A DNA stretch of 60,440 nt, the filler included, from an uncultured virus (IMG/VR IMGVR_UViG_2124908030_000016) (lineage: Duplodnaviria > Heunggongvirae > Uroviricota > Caudoviricetes). It is 12 parts of one record of this genome, joined end to end, with 100 filler letters (N's around TTAATTAATTAA, not from the genome) between each part and the next. Parts side by side here need not be neighbours in the genome. Positions count along the whole stretch, not along the records: positions 19,079 to 25,808 come from IMGVR_UViG_2124908030_000016; positions 25,909 to 27,196 come from IMGVR_UViG_2124908030_000016; positions 27,297 to 34,428 come from IMGVR_UViG_2124908030_000016; 9 more parts are not named here. One strand, given 5' to 3'. The notes beneath the pieces were generated by a model that saw nothing but the letters and a program-made list of their open reading frames with translations, did no database searches and was not told where the DNA came from. The position numbers and the translations under genes were made by a program. Numbering within the stretch: position 1 is the first letter of the stretch; every line of letters begins with the position of its first letter. Below are positions 20,306-31,475 of the stretch, piece after piece.

Positions 20306-20441
20306 GTCAGATTCCTCACTACCCGTCCTACGTCATTAGGCACACGGATCTCGTGTATCAGGCACGGCTGTTCGCGTTGGTCTGGATTGGGACGACAGCA
20401 ATCACCTTCGTCACCGGACTCGTCGTACTCGGCGCAGGATC

Positions 20442-20807
20442 TCAGTCGATGGTCGGCCTGTCAGGACTGGGCCTCAGATCAGTATCGGCGAACTCGGCTG
20501 CTTGTTCGTTTGGTTCGTAGCCCTCTCGCATCCCGATTACCGTTCCGAGTAGCTCGTACGCATCTGGATTTCCCGTCAGATTCATTTCGTCTTTCGTCTT
20601 GTCGTGGTCGTACGCGAGGTTGTTCTCGGGGTTGACGGCGATGTTGCAGTCGCGTCCGTACATATAGTACTCGACGGTGGCGTCGAGACACGAGGCATAT
20701 CGCCTGCTTGTGTACATCCCCGTTTGGTGAGTGACCTCACCGTCCTCGTCTTCGATCGACAGTGTGACGTTGGTTGTTCGCTCGACGAACGGACTTTGTC
20801 GTCCCAT
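20442..20807 (-). CDS. Hypothetical protein
   Basis: Acidic part of ORF 20442..20987, from ATG 20807. Confidence 0.55.
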   Translation of the reverse strand: MGRQSPFVERTTNVTLSIEDEDGEVTHQTGMYTSRRYASCLDATVEYYMYGRDCNIAVNPENNLAYDHDKTKDEMNLTGNPDAYELLGTVIGMREGYEPNEQAAEFADTDLRPSPDRPTID

Positions 20808-20857
20808 ACCAGCACGTTCGTACCGCACGATCAAAAGTTTATCGCGTGAGGCGAATA

Positions 20858-23677
20858 CTATCGTTGGCTGGGGAACGGTTCGTCGTACTGGTCGGCGAGG
20901 TCGTGGAGCATCTGGATGATGGGAATGCCATCGTCCTCGTCGAGATTGACGATAGCTTTCTTTGACGACTTCACCAGGGAGTTCCATTCCACGGACGAAC
21001 GGTCGAACGTATCCGTCGGGAACAGTGCGTGGAGGAACACAGAGATGAACCGGTCGCGCCAGTTGTCCGAGCTGAACAGTCGTCTGGAGTTATGATTCAT
21101 TGGCTTGTTCCAGCGACGACTTGAGACGAAGTGAAGATCAGGTGCCGTCGACGTCGGTTGAACTGGGGTAGTGCCGGAGAGACAGCACCAGTGTTTGGTG
21201 ATGGATTGTGGATCGGAGATGACAAGGCGGTCGTACGTTTCGAGATCATCGAGTGTATCCCTACTGTCGAACCGCTCGAGGAGATTTGGAAGTGGGTCGT
21301 CGATGAATATGCCATCGCCGTTGACCCACGTATTGAGTCCGTGCGCGACAGGTTCGGTGAACACCCAGTAGAGTGTCTCATCGCCGAGTTTGTTCGCTTC
21401 GACTGATTCTGTCGTGACAGTACGTGGGGGTCCGTCGTCGTACTGGTCGAGTGGGATGGTTTCGACGGGTGAGGTCTCGTGTGCCTCGGCGATGGGGTCG
21501 AACGAGCTGACTGCCCGGTCGTGATCTAACAGGTAGTCTGCGACGTACCGTGGGACAATGGTTCGACGGATACCGAATTGAGAGAGCTTGCTCCCTGCTG
21601 AAACACTCTGGACATCAGGTTGCTCGTACACCAGTAGGAAATCGAACTTGTCGTTGTCGAGTGCTTCGATGGCCTGGTCACAGGTCATCTCTCTGTACGA
21701 GCCTCGGGGAGTATTGGTGCGGATCTTGATCTTCCGGTCACTAGGGTTGTTTGCTGTCCCAGTCGACCTCGAGGACGAATCCGGGGAACCCGAGCTCGAG
21801 CGCTCGTACCTTTCAGCGAGTTCATCGCTCACATTCGGGTGTTTCTCTTTGATATTGTACAGCGAGAGGTCCTTCAGTTTCTTCCAGTCGAACGCACGCT
21901 CGAACATCTCGTACTGGCCAGAGTCTGAGAGAGTGACGATGACGACGTCGTCGTGGATAGCTTCGGCGAGTTTGGCCTTCTGATTGTTTATTGAGACACC
22001 CATATACACCGTTTCGCATTTCCGTTCGATCTTGCCTGCCAGCGAATTGGATCCTCCGCCGATCCCGGAGCAGTCGACGTGCTGGCAGATCTGAGACAGG
22101 ACACGCCCGGTGTCTTCACAGGATAGTGATAGATTGAGTTCGTCGGTGACGTTATTCAGGATTGTTTGGTGCGTTACCCGCCTCGAGCGTGGAGAGCTGA
22201 CGTGTTCGACGAACTCCATCAGGAGTTCCATTTCGGCGCTGTCGAACGCCGAGACAGCAGACACACCGTCTTTGTGGATGTCCATCACCAGCTCTGTGAC
22301 TTGTGAGCGGAGCTGGTCGTACAGTCGATTCGCGACCGATTTGAACACCACGCTGTCGTGATCACGAAGTCGATCGCGGTCGTCGACGGGTTCTGGGAGT
22401 GGGATGTCGCTGGTGTCACACGCAGACTGTTTGACGTAGTACTCGAGATGTGGTTCCGCGCGGGCCCAGAACTCGTCGCGACTGACGACTGGTCTCCCTT
22501 CGTATTCGCCATCGACGACGGTTTTCTGTTGTTCCGTGTCGTCGACGGTCGCCATATGAGGCAGGACTGATTCACAGACGACATCGACTGCCTGGAGTGC
22601 TTCTCGCTCGTAGCGTTCATCACTGATCGGCACAGACCCGGTGTGTGGCCCGGTGAACAGACGACCGTCTTCGAATTTCAGCCTGACGTCGAAGTTCCAC
22701 AGCGACGAGTACGACCCTGTGTAGGTATCCTCGTTTCGGTCGATAGGCATCGACACGAGGAACGTCTCGGTTTCGTTCTCGTCTAGATACGGTGATGAGA
22801 CAGCTTCGATGAACTCATCTTCGTATGTGACTGTACACCGGTCGTCCGGAATCCTGTTGCTGAGTTCCGACGGTGGGTACTCCTCGTTGAGCGTCTCGTT
22901 GCCTGACTCGTCGTACTCGTGATAGATGACGGGGACACGAAGGCCCTTCTGGAACCGTTCGACGGCCTCCTGGATGTCGAGGTCGCGAGCATCTTGTGTG
23001 AATGACGGGAACGTCCAGGTCGTTCCATAGTGCTCACGAGCTCCCTGGAGGTCATTGAACCCGTCAATGCGCATCTGTACGCGATAGTTAGCGTCATCGA
23101 AGAACGACTACGTCGTGAGTCCGAGCCGGCCGTTCTCTCCGACGAAATTGAATCCACTCATCACACCTTGGCCGAACATTCCTGACTCGTCACCCTTGTC
23201 GTGTGACGTCGAGAGACCGATCTTTCGGAGGACACGGAACTCTTCGATGCTGATTCCAACGCCGTTGTCGGCGATAGTGAGGGTCGGTTTATCCGACTCG
23301 TGGTGTGCGTGGTGAACCTCGATGACTGGGAGATACCCAGTGTCGTTTCGCGCGCACTCGATCAGCTCGGTCGGTGAGAGATCAGCAGTCTCTCCCTCGA
23401 GCTCACATCGACAGCGACGAATACCAGCAGTTTCAGCATTAGCGATGTACTCACGAAGTGCTGAGGCAGGGTCCTCGTACCGAAATGCGAATCCTCGGCC
23501 AGCACGTCGCTTGTCGTATTGGAACTCTCTGTGGTCCGAATCACCGAGAGCTTCCTTCAGGTCGTGGTCTGTGTTTGCCCCATCGACCTGTTCGGGGGGT
23601 CTAACGTCCCCCGGTACGTATTGGGACTCGTTGAACGGCTGCTTATGACTCATCGACAACCGGTTCTCAGTACTCAC
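20858..23677 (-). CDS. rIIA-like / MORC-type GHKL ATPase protein with an in-frame TAG at 23108-23110
   Basis: ALREYIANA, IADNGVGI and GMFGQG motifs; ORFs 23108..23677 and 20858..23074 are in the same frame. Confidence 0.75.
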
Positions 23678-23746
23678 AGCACGTAATTCTATCGCAGACG
23701 TGTATATACGACAAACTAAAGTGCTTCTGTGTGTAACACTACTTCG

Positions 23747-24316
23747 ATGGGACGACCCTTAGACGAACGCTTGCGCGCGACTGTACTCAGTCAAGACGAG
23801 ACGAGCTATCTCGTCCAGTACTCCGACGGATCGACGGAGATCGAATCACGGAACACACGGAACAAACTCTGCTTCGAGACAGACGTCTTCGACAGTGCGT
23901 CTGAGGAGTTTACGCTGTCTGGTCGAGGTCACTACGACGGTGATGGCGACGGCTACCACGTCGAGCTGACTTTCACTCTCTTCGGTAGTGAAGATCTGAT
24001 CAGGGTGAGCTTCGACTCTGGAGCCGACGTGCGGGAGGTTCGGAACTTCAGCCAGTCTCAGCGCGATCGACTGCTCTCGATCACTATCGACGTAACTGAG
24101 AACACTGATCGCGACGACGACAAGGATGATTCGCTCTTTTCCCTGAGTCAGTCCAGTGCCGAGGATATCCTCGCAATAGCAAAGACAGCTCGGTCCAACA
24201 GAGTCGACCAGCACTGTCGAGCCGTTCATCGAGCAGTACGGACAGATGTCGTGTGGGATGGAGACAGCTGTATCGTCGAGATGCGTCGTGTGACGAGAGT
24301 CCGAGACTACTTCTGA
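23747..24316 (+). CDS. Hypothetical protein
   Basis: Acidic ORF after a promoter-motif variant at 23721. Confidence 0.6.
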   Translation: MGRPLDERLRATVLSQDETSYLVQYSDGSTEIESRNTRNKLCFETDVFDSASEEFTLSGRGHYDGDGDGYHVELTFTLFGSEDLIRVSFDSGADVREVRNFSQSQRDRLLSITIDVTENTDRDDDKDDSLFSLSQSSAEDILAIAKTARSNRVDQHCRAVHRAVRTDVVWDGDSCIVEMRRVTRVRDYF

Positions 24317-24479
24317 CTCACCCACAGAAGTCGTGGCTGTGAAGTACCGAGCCTCGAGCCAGCGAATCAGGCGCTGAAGCTGTCGTTCCCATCCATCACG
24401 ACACAACAGTGTCAATGCCGGAGATGATGTACAGACACTCAGCAGAGCCGAGGTCGAATTCCTGATCACGGTCGAGATC

Positions 24480-24923
24480 GTGATGTATCCAGATCACTAC
24501 CTCGGTGTGGACGGATACCAACGTCGTGCGGGACTGTCCATCCAGCGGGCGAAAGCGGATGGGTATCGGGATGCACCTGGCATCGATGACTACGCGCGTA
24601 AGACTGAGGTCAGCCGGTTCGTCGACCCAGTGACTGGTCTCGTCCACAACCACGAGCTGAATAAGCACACACTCAGAGCAACATTCGATGTCCAGGGGTG
24701 GGTAATTCACGAGCTCGACCACTCTGAGTTCGACCACGCTGGCGTCAACGAACTCTGGTGGCGTCAGATGGAATTCATCGCTGATGGTCGAGACGTGTTC
24801 TGCGACACCGAAGACGACGATGAGTCTCGGTGGGATGAGATCGAATCGACTGCTGAAAGGGCAATCATTTCGTCCTCTGTCTCAGAGGATCTGCGGGCAA
24901 AGTTCGGATCTCCCCCAGTCTAA
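24480..24923 (+). CDS. Hypothetical protein (may be a frameshifted continuation of the previous gene)
   Basis: Acidic ORF; the frame is open upstream of the annotated start. Confidence 0.55.
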   Translation: MMYPDHYLGVDGYQRRAGLSIQRAKADGYRDAPGIDDYARKTEVSRFVDPVTGLVHNHELNKHTLRATFDVQGWVIHELDHSEFDHAGVNELWWRQMEFIADGRDVFCDTEDDDESRWDEIESTAERAIISSSVSEDLRAKFGSPPV

Positions 24924-24990
24924 ACGCCGGTCTATCCGTTATTTGTTCATCAGGTTTAATTGTGTGTAGTGCATACGAGCGGTTGTAATA

Positions 24991-25248
24991 ATGCAAGAGG
25001 ATCGTGGCGTAGTAGCTGAGGCCAGTGCAACGGCCGATGCTATTGGTGATTACTCGGACGAAGTGTTGGTGGCACTGCTCGGTGCGCACGTCGATGGGGA
25101 TGAGCCCCCCGAGATCGAGGGGACAGGCGGACGGTTCGCGCTCGTATCGCAACTCCGGGAACGGGGCTACGAGATCGAGTGTGGAGACTCCATCGTCGTC
25201 CGAGATCAGAATGGTGTCGAGATCAACTTCAGAGATCAGAATCTATGA
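24991..25248 (+). CDS. Hypothetical protein
   Basis: Acidic ORF with promoter motif. Confidence 0.6.
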   Translation: MQEDRGVVAEASATADAIGDYSDEVLVALLGAHVDGDEPPEIEGTGGRFALVSQLRERGYEIECGDSIVVRDQNGVEINFRDQNL

Positions 25249-25622
25249 TCGAACTCGGAGTCGATGCAGAGTGGTGTAGTGAAGTTCAGTCGTATCTCCG
25301 GAATCTCGATGCTCCTCGGTTTGCCAACCGCATCGAGATCGAACGGGTGAACTATGAGATGTATGACCCGTACCTGGTCAAGTTCACGACCAGTGAGTTT
25401 CGCTCGATTTCGACGGTACTGCTGATCGCACGAACAGTCTTCGAAGAGAACAACGCATACGCTGCTGTCGCCGAGATCGAGTCGCTCGTGATGGAGGTCG
25501 AAGAGCAACTCGCCGACCACAAGATCTGTTTAAACGTCAGCGCGGTCCAGTCACCGACCGGGTCTCAGATATTCCTCCTCGACGCGCTTACTGGAGACCA
25601 GTCCGTCGAACTCATCGAGTAA
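25245..25622 (+). CDS. Hypothetical protein
   Basis: ATGA overlap with the upstream gene. Confidence 0.6.
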   Translation: MIELGVDAEWCSEVQSYLRNLDAPRFANRIEIERVNYEMYDPYLVKFTTSEFRSISTVLLIARTVFEENNAYAAVAEIESLVMEVEEQLADHKICLNVSAVQSPTGSQIFLLDALTGDQSVELIE

Positions 25623-25909
25623 TCGGCACTGTTTTGTGCGTCAGACGCATACAATAGAGCGTCGATGGAGAAACACAGATTCAGAATTCTCGGGATGGTT
25701 CCACCGGGGATAGGGAACACCACATTGGAGGGTGTCGTCCGTGACGGTGGGCGAATCGAGGTTCCAGAGTACGATCTAGATCTCAAGTTGGTAGACAGCG
25801 AGCTCGAANNNNNNNNNNNNNNNNNNNNNNNNNNNNNNNNNNNNNNNNNNNNTTAATTAATTAANNNNNNNNNNNNNNNNNNNNNNNNNNNNNNNNNNNN
25901 NNNNNNNNG

Positions 25910-26264
25910 AGAACAGCCTCCTGAAGAAGGCCCCGCAGAGCGCCTCGAGGATCTCGCTGGGACCTTCGAGCGAAAAAACGAGGAGTACGGCGAGAGCTGG
26001 CGTCTCGCAGGTGAGCTCGTCTCTCAGATCCTCGCAGAACAGGACGTCAATCAACTCGAGACTGATCCACAGACGATGATCTCGCTTGGACTATACTTCC
26101 AGCGTCTCCACAAGATCACCCGTGGAATGACTGGCGAGTTCGCGCTTGAAGAGCTCGCGCACGAGTCCGTCGCCGATTCACACGACGACGAAGCCGTTTA
26201 CGCGACCATTCACGCCCATCACACCGAGGTTAACGACGGAACCGGCCGTTCTGACGTTGACTGA
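25910..26264 (+). CDS. Nucleotide-modification-associated domain 1 (DUF1599/Nmad1, MazG-like) protein, 5' truncated
   Basis: TFERKNEEYGESW...HKITR......ESVADSHDDEAVYA. Confidence 0.7.
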
Positions 26265-26294
26265 CAGGACATCGATGGCGTTTCTCCGATAGAA

Positions 26295-26315
26295 TTAGGT
26301 GCGTCAGGAAAGTAC
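26295..26315 (+). promoter_or_regulatory. Representative copy of the viral promoter motif TTA(G/A)-GTRYGT-N5-(AC)RTAC
   Basis: TTAGGTGCGTCAGGAAAGTAC with ATG at 26323; about 15 copies at the same spacing (see findings). Confidence 0.8.
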
Positions 26316-26322
26316 GGGGTAT

Positions 26323-26538
26323 ATGGACAAGGTAGTTCTAGAAAGTGACAACGAGTATTGTCACGCCTGTACGGAACCACTAGACGTCGAGAGTGGCGTC
26401 TGCACCAAGTGTGGGGCATCTATCGCAGGGGCGAAGTACCGGCCGTGTCTCGATTGTGGGTACACGAACCCGACAGCTCCGGATAGCTGTGCTTCGTGTG
26501 GCAAGTCGATCCTGTTCGAAGATACCTACGTCATCTGA
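26323..26538 (+). CDS. Double zinc-ribbon protein
   Basis: Four CxxC motifs. Confidence 0.75.
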   Translation: MDKVVLESDNEYCHACTEPLDVESGVCTKCGASIAGAKYRPCLDCGYTNPTAPDSCASCGKSILFEDTYVI

Positions 26539-26540
26539 GA

Positions 26541-27131
26541 GTGACTAACGTACAGATCTATCTCGCTGGAGCACGTTCTGCGGGAGACAACCCCTACGAG
26601 TGGCACGAGCGGGCACAGGAGTACGTCCAGGCGCCTGTCGAGGCAGTCAACCCATTCACCATCCACGATGATGATGCGGGGGAAGTTGAGTACTACATCG
26701 GCGACCTCGACGCCATCGAGGAGGCCGACGCGCTGTTGGTACGACGCGCTCCTGAGGTCGAGACCTGTGGGGCGTATATCGAGGCCGGATGGGCTGGTCG
26801 TGGCAACACACCAGTTGTCACCTGGAACGATGGGGACGGAGAGATCCCGGACTTCCTCAAGTGGCACTCGATCCACTACTCTGATGACCTGGAGGAGATC
26901 GTCGAGTTCGCCTGTAGCCTGGCGATGGACGTCACAATGCTCGGAGATGAGCGTAGACTCGAGGATCAACTCGAAGAAGTCCTCCAGGACGTCCATCGCG
27001 AAGGGCAGTACACCTACGAAGATGCCGTCTCGAACAACGCCGGAGATTATCTCCAGGGCCGAGGTGCAGGGATGAAGACCGCGGTGAAGAAGATCGTTCG
27101 CGAGCTCGAGTTGAACGTCGACCTCGGCTAG
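26541..27131 (+). CDS. Second NDT / dNMP N-glycosidase-like protein with a C-terminal extension
   Basis: IYLAG, VNPF, DLDAIEEADALLV, GAYIEAGWA, PVV. Confidence 0.8.
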   Translation: MTNVQIYLAGARSAGDNPYEWHERAQEYVQAPVEAVNPFTIHDDDAGEVEYYIGDLDAIEEADALLVRRAPEVETCGAYIEAGWAGRGNTPVVTWNDGDGEIPDFLKWHSIHYSDDLEEIVEFACSLAMDVTMLGDERRLEDQLEEVLQDVHREGQYTYEDAVSNNAGDYLQGRGAGMKTAVKKIVRELELNVDLG

Positions 27132-27307
27132 CCAGCGACTGTTTGCGAGCACTCCTTGCTAACCAACGCAGACGAGCTTACCCACCGGATGTTGGTNNNN
27201 NNNNNNNNNNNNNNNNNNNNNNNNNNNNNNNNNNNNNNNNTTAATTAATTAANNNNNNNNNNNNNNNNNNNNNNNNNNNNNNNNNNNNNNNNNNNNCTGG
27301 TCGTGGT

Positions 27308-27664
27308 ATGGACCGGCCACGACCACCAGACGAGCTCCCGAAGTATATCGTCGAGGGGTTGGCGAGACAGGACGTCAAGTCACTTCAGCTAGTGGAGGAG
27401 TACGTCGGGTCGATGATCGAGTACAAGATTCAGCAGGCCGAGGACGAGCTCGACGAGCGTGCAACCGGACGTCTCGACGACGACCTGGACGACGACGAGT
27501 TCGAACAGGCGCTCGAGGACGCACGCGAGGACGGCGACGTCCCCTCTGGGGCGACGGTGACGGTGAAGACGATCGACGAGCGCGACTACTACTACTATCA
27601 ATGGCGGGAAGGCTCAGATATCCGTTCAAAGTATATCGCGCCGGTGTCTCCCGCCAATGACTGA
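27308..27664 (+). CDS. Haloarchaeal mobile-element protein (DUF6788-like)
   Basis: LPKYIVEGL.RQD...KTID.RDYYYYQWREG..IRSKYIAPV. Confidence 0.65.
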   Translation: MDRPRPPDELPKYIVEGLARQDVKSLQLVEEYVGSMIEYKIQQAEDELDERATGRLDDDLDDDEFEQALEDAREDGDVPSGATVTVKTIDERDYYYYQWREGSDIRSKYIAPVSPAND

Positions 27665-27974
27665 GGCAGAGGCCCGCTGTCCGGACTGTAGCGCGGATCG
27701 TGTCTGGGTCGAGCGCCCGGAGTCGCCTATCACCGGGTGGGTCTGCATCAACCCGATCTGCCCGTCGAACGACCGCTGATGGATTCGTATAGTCGCATAC
27801 GGTTTATCGCGCCAGTGAGACAGGCCAGCACGAGTTCGTTGTGACGTACCGTTACACTCTGACGTACTATCTCCCACAGTTTCAAGTGACAGGGGTACCT
27901 CCGAGCGAGTAGCCTGTCGTCGGAAAGAAGTCCCGTGCTGGAAACACGGGTCGTCGACGGGCCCACGAGAAATG

Positions 27975-28697
27975 ATGCCCGCGAAAACAGACGGCCCCCA
28001 AGAACAAGATTGTACCGATTTCTCAAGCGACCCGACCAAAGAGGAGCTTGCGACTGCCGTCACGCGACTCTTTGACGAGGTCTCCGAGCTCCGAGAGGAC
28101 AAGGAGGAGCTCCGGGGAGAGAACGAGGAACTTCGGGCTCGTATCGACGAGCTCGAGGACGACACCGATGATCAGGAAAAGCGACTCGAGGCGTTTTCGA
28201 CGGGCCTGTCGACGGCGCACGAGGAGATCGAGGAGTTACAGACAGAGGAGAGCGACGTCGACGGGTGTCACCCCCAGGGTCCAAGCGCCCAGAGTGCAGG
28301 TTCACAGATGGCCATAGAGGCAGAGACGCCTCTCGAGGAGATCATTCGTGTTCCAGAGCACGCTGTCGAGGAGCACCTTCAGGCCAACACGAAGCGCACC
28401 CGTGTCGTCGCAAAAGACATACACGAGTACTCGCGGTCTGCTCCTGCGGGCCGGGTGATTATGTCGAGTGAGATACGTCGCGTGTTGTCGGCACACGAAG
28501 GAGGTGCAACGATACACACTCAGACGGTCAGTCGGGTGATCGACAGACTGGCAGAGATGGGCAAGGACGCGGTGAAGGTCCGCGAGTCCCAGCAGGGCGA
28601 ACGGACGGTGGTGTTCACGGACGACCTGGTCAAGCGGATCGTGTCGTGGCAGAACGCCGGCCACAGCGTTGTGGCCGAGAGAGGGGAGACGGGGTAG
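27975..28697 (+). CDS. Coiled-coil / wHTH-like plasmid-type protein
   Basis: N-terminal heptads; C-terminal EIRRVL...TVSRVIDRL. Confidence 0.65.
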   Translation: MPAKTDGPQEQDCTDFSSDPTKEELATAVTRLFDEVSELREDKEELRGENEELRARIDELEDDTDDQEKRLEAFSTGLSTAHEEIEELQTEESDVDGCHPQGPSAQSAGSQMAIEAETPLEEIIRVPEHAVEEHLQANTKRTRVVAKDIHEYSRSAPAGRVIMSSEIRRVLSAHEGGATIHTQTVSRVIDRLAEMGKDAVKVRESQQGERTVVFTDDLVKRIVSWQNAGHSVVAERGETG

Positions 28698-28922
28698 GCC
28701 GAAGTGTGATTCACCCGCGGAGAGTGCTCGGGTAGGCGATACGAACACCACGGTACGCCCCACAGTATTACTGGAGAGACCGGGCAAACGACCCATCGTA
28801 ACAGTGGTAATGTGACCGTAGGAAACGATTCGAGGCTTGGGGCACCGTGTTGGCGGTCACAACGGTGTGATTCGGTGGCGTCCCAGAACTCGCGATTAAG
28901 CGCCTAATCGGCATCTCTGTGC

Positions 28923-29294
28923 CTACTCGAGCTCGACACCCAACTTCTCGGCCACCATCTCGGGATGCTCGACCAGCACCTCGAACAGCGCCGGGTAGAA
29001 CGCCCTGTTCTTCGGCAGCTCCTCTCCGTACTGCTGGTAGTATCTGAACTCGAGTTGCTTGTACAACTCGTCGATCTCCGCGAGTGTCTCCTCTCCGAGA
29101 TAGAAGGTCCGTCCTGCCGTCTCCCGAACCGTCTGTGCTGGCCCGTCGGTTTCGTCGTTTCCATCGGTGACGTCGGTCCCGTCGTTGAGGTCGTTTCCAT
29201 CGGTGACGTCGGTCCCGTCAGTGTCGTCGGTGTCGTCGGTGTCGTCGTTCTTGTTGTTGAGCCGTTTTCTCATTCGCTCTTCTCTGTCGCTCAT
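28923..29294 (-). CDS. Small ParA partner protein with D/T repeats
   Basis: ATGA overlap with parA; DGTDVTDGND twice; TFYL..E strand. Confidence 0.7.
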   Translation of the reverse strand: MSDREERMRKRLNNKNDDTDDTDDTDGTDVTDGNDLNDGTDVTDGNDETDGPAQTVRETAGRTFYLGEETLAEIDELYKQLEFRYYQQYGEELPKNRAFYPALFEVLVEHPEMVAEKLGVELE

Positions 29295-30667
29295 AGTTCC
29301 TCCAGAGAGCCCGCAATCGAGTGGAAGACCGGCTCCATATCACACGATTCGTCGTGGCTGAAAACCGACACACGCTCCGTATGAGCGCGCTTGAGGACGA
29401 CTCGCTTTCGGACGTTGAATACCGGAATCGCGTCTCCAAATATCTCTTCGAACCAGTCGACCATTCGTTCCGATTCACCGTCGATGTCGATTCTGTTGAC
29501 GACAACACCGGNNNNNNNNNNNNNNNNNNNNNNNNNNNNNNNNNNNNNNNNNNNNNNNNNNNNNNNNNNNNNNNNNNNNNNNNNNNNNNNNNNNNNNNNN
29601 NNNNNNNNNNNNNNNNNNNNNNNNNNNNNNNNNNNNNNNNNNNNNNNNNNNNNNNNNNNNNNNNNNNNNNNNNNNNNNNNNNNNNNNNNNNNNNNNNNNN
29701 NNNNNNNNNNNNNNNNNNNNNNNNNNNNNNNNNNNNNNNNNNNNNNNNNNNNNNNNNNNNNNNNNNNNNNNNNNNNNNNNNNNNNNNNNNNNNNNNNNNN
29801 NNNNNNNNNNNNNNNNNNNNNNNNNNNNNNNNNNNNNNNNNNNNNNNNNNNNNNNNNNNNNNNNNNNNNNNNNNNNNNNNNNNNNNNNNNNNNNNNNNNN
29901 NNNNNNNNNNNNNNNNNNNNNNNNNNNNNNNNNNNNNNNNNNNNNNNNNNNNNNNNNNNNNNNNNNNNNNNNNNNNNNNNNNNNNNNNNNNNNNNNNNNN
30001 NNNNNNNNNNNNNNNNNNNNNNNNNNNNNNNNNNNNNNNNNNNNNNNNNNNNNNNNNNNNNNNNNNNNNNNNNNNNNNNNNNNNNNNNNNNNNNNNNNNN
30101 NNNNNNNNNNNNNNNNNNNNNNNNNNNNNNNNNNNNNNNNNNNNNNNNNNNNNNNNNNNNNNNNNNNNNNNNNNNNNNNNNNNNNNNNNNNNNNNNNNNN
30201 NNNNNNNNNNNNNNNNNNNNNNNNNNNNNNNNNNNNNNNNNNNNNNNNNNNNNNNNNNNNNNNNNNNNNNNNNNNNNNNNNNNNNNNNNNNNNNNNNNNN
30301 NNNNNNNTGTTCCGACGAGCTCGTCGATGGCGTCTGTGAGTCGGAGTCGGCCTCGCATCGCGTTGTACAGGTCCTGCTCTGCGGTGAACAGGTCCATATT
30401 TGACGGAACGACGTCCATCTCGTCGTGTACGAGCACGACGTCGTTGAGGTCGTTGGTTTCGTTGAGTAGCACTGACGGGAAGTTCGGTGGCTCGTTGAGG
30501 TACTCGTCTCTGAACCCGAGTCCCTCGGTTGCGTTTCCCTGCGGGTCGCAATCGACGAAGAGGACGTCGTGTCCCCGCTCGTTCAGCGCACCTGCGACGT
30601 TGATGCTGACCATTGTCTTCCCGACCCCGCCTTTCTGAAGCGAGACAGCGACGTGTGTTGCTGTCAT
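29291..30667 (-). CDS. parA: ParA/Soj partition ATPase (middle in the gap 29512-30307)
   Basis: QKGGVGKT, VDCDPQGNAT, DVVPSN; C-terminal GVVVNR...VRKRV.L.RA. Confidence 0.9.
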   Translation of the reverse strand: MTATHVAVSLQKGGVGKTMVSINVAGALNERGHDVLFVDCDPQGNATEGLGFRDEYLNEPPNFPSVLLNETNDLNDVVLVHDEMDVVPSNMDLFTAEQDLYNAMRGRLRLTDAIDELVGTXXXXXXXXXXXXXXXXXXXXXXXXXXXXXXXXXXXXXXXXXXXXXXXXXXXXXXXXXXXXXXXXXXXXXXXXXXXXXXXXXXXXXXXXXXXXXXXXXXXXXXXXXXXXXXXXXXXXXXXXXXXXXXXXXXXXXXXXXXXXXXXXXXXXXXXXXXXXXXXXXXXXXXXXXXXXXXXXXXXXXXXXXXXXXXXXXXXXXXXXXXXXXXXXXXXXXXXXXXXXXXXXXXXXXXXXXXXXXXXXXXXXXXXXXXXXXXXXXXXXXXXXXXGVVVNRIDIDGESERMVDWFEEIFGDAIPVFNVRKRVVLKRAHTERVSVFSHDESCDMEPVFHSIAGSLEEL

Positions 30668-30953
30668 TGACCTCAACGATATCAACGAAATCACCTAAAT
30701 CTACGTCAGACGCCAGTCTGACTGCCTTTCTAAACTCGTGTAAAAACAACGACTTCAGAACCCTACACGTCGTGAAGACATCTGGCGAAGGTAGGGAATC
30801 TCCACTCCCTCATTCACGATAACCTTCGCTCCCCATTTTTGAGTCAAGGGTCGTTTTTTCCTTGGCTTTAGATGCGTTCGCATATCGACTCGATTCGGAT
30901 ATTAGTTGTACGCAAGCAAACTCTTAATACTGCCGGTTAGCGATATCACCCGT

Positions 30954-31475
30954 ATGGGAGAGATGACGCACCTCGACGTAGATGCGCCCGATGGGTGGGC
31001 TGTCGTCGACGTGGATCCAGACATCCGTCTCGAGAGAGATGATGATGACAGCTGGATCGCGATATCGTCTGGAGAGTTTCAGACGTTTATCCACGGAGGA
31101 TACCAGGTCGAAGATTCCATCAACGGGTACGAGGCGGACGTCGTGATGTCTCGACAAACCGTTGAGACTCAAGCAGAAGCAGAGAACTCTGTCGAGGGGA
31201 TGATGGGCCTCCTCGACGAGAATTCTGTGACGGGGCTCGTTTCTGTCGAGACGCAGATTGGACGGGATTTCCTCACGTTGACAGCAGAGAGTGGTATCGA
31301 CCCTGAATCACTCTCTGAGTCGACGGTTGAAGATCTGTTAGAGACGCTGTACAGTGATGACACCCCGAGTCTCACGAGCAGTCTCGCGTTCGTCGACGAG
31401 AGTGAGACGAGCGGACTGCTCGAGCTCGAGATGTTCGCCGTCACTGAGCCGGGGGTCACGTCGCTAAATGACTGA
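30954..31475 (+). CDS. Hypothetical acidic protein
   Basis: CTTAATA promoter about 30 nt upstream; overlaps the next gene. Confidence 0.65.
   Translation: MGEMTHLDVDAPDGWAVVDVDPDIRLERDDDDSWIAISSGEFQTFIHGGYQVEDSINGYEADVVMSRQTVETQAEAENSVEGMMGLLDENSVTGLVSVETQIGRDFLTLTAESGIDPESLSESTVEDLLETLYSDDTPSLTSSLAFVDESETSGLLELEMFAVTEPGVTSLND

Noticed and set aside
29512..30307. Unusually long ParA (467 aa) with an insertion
   Set aside because: The length reflects an estimated N gap.
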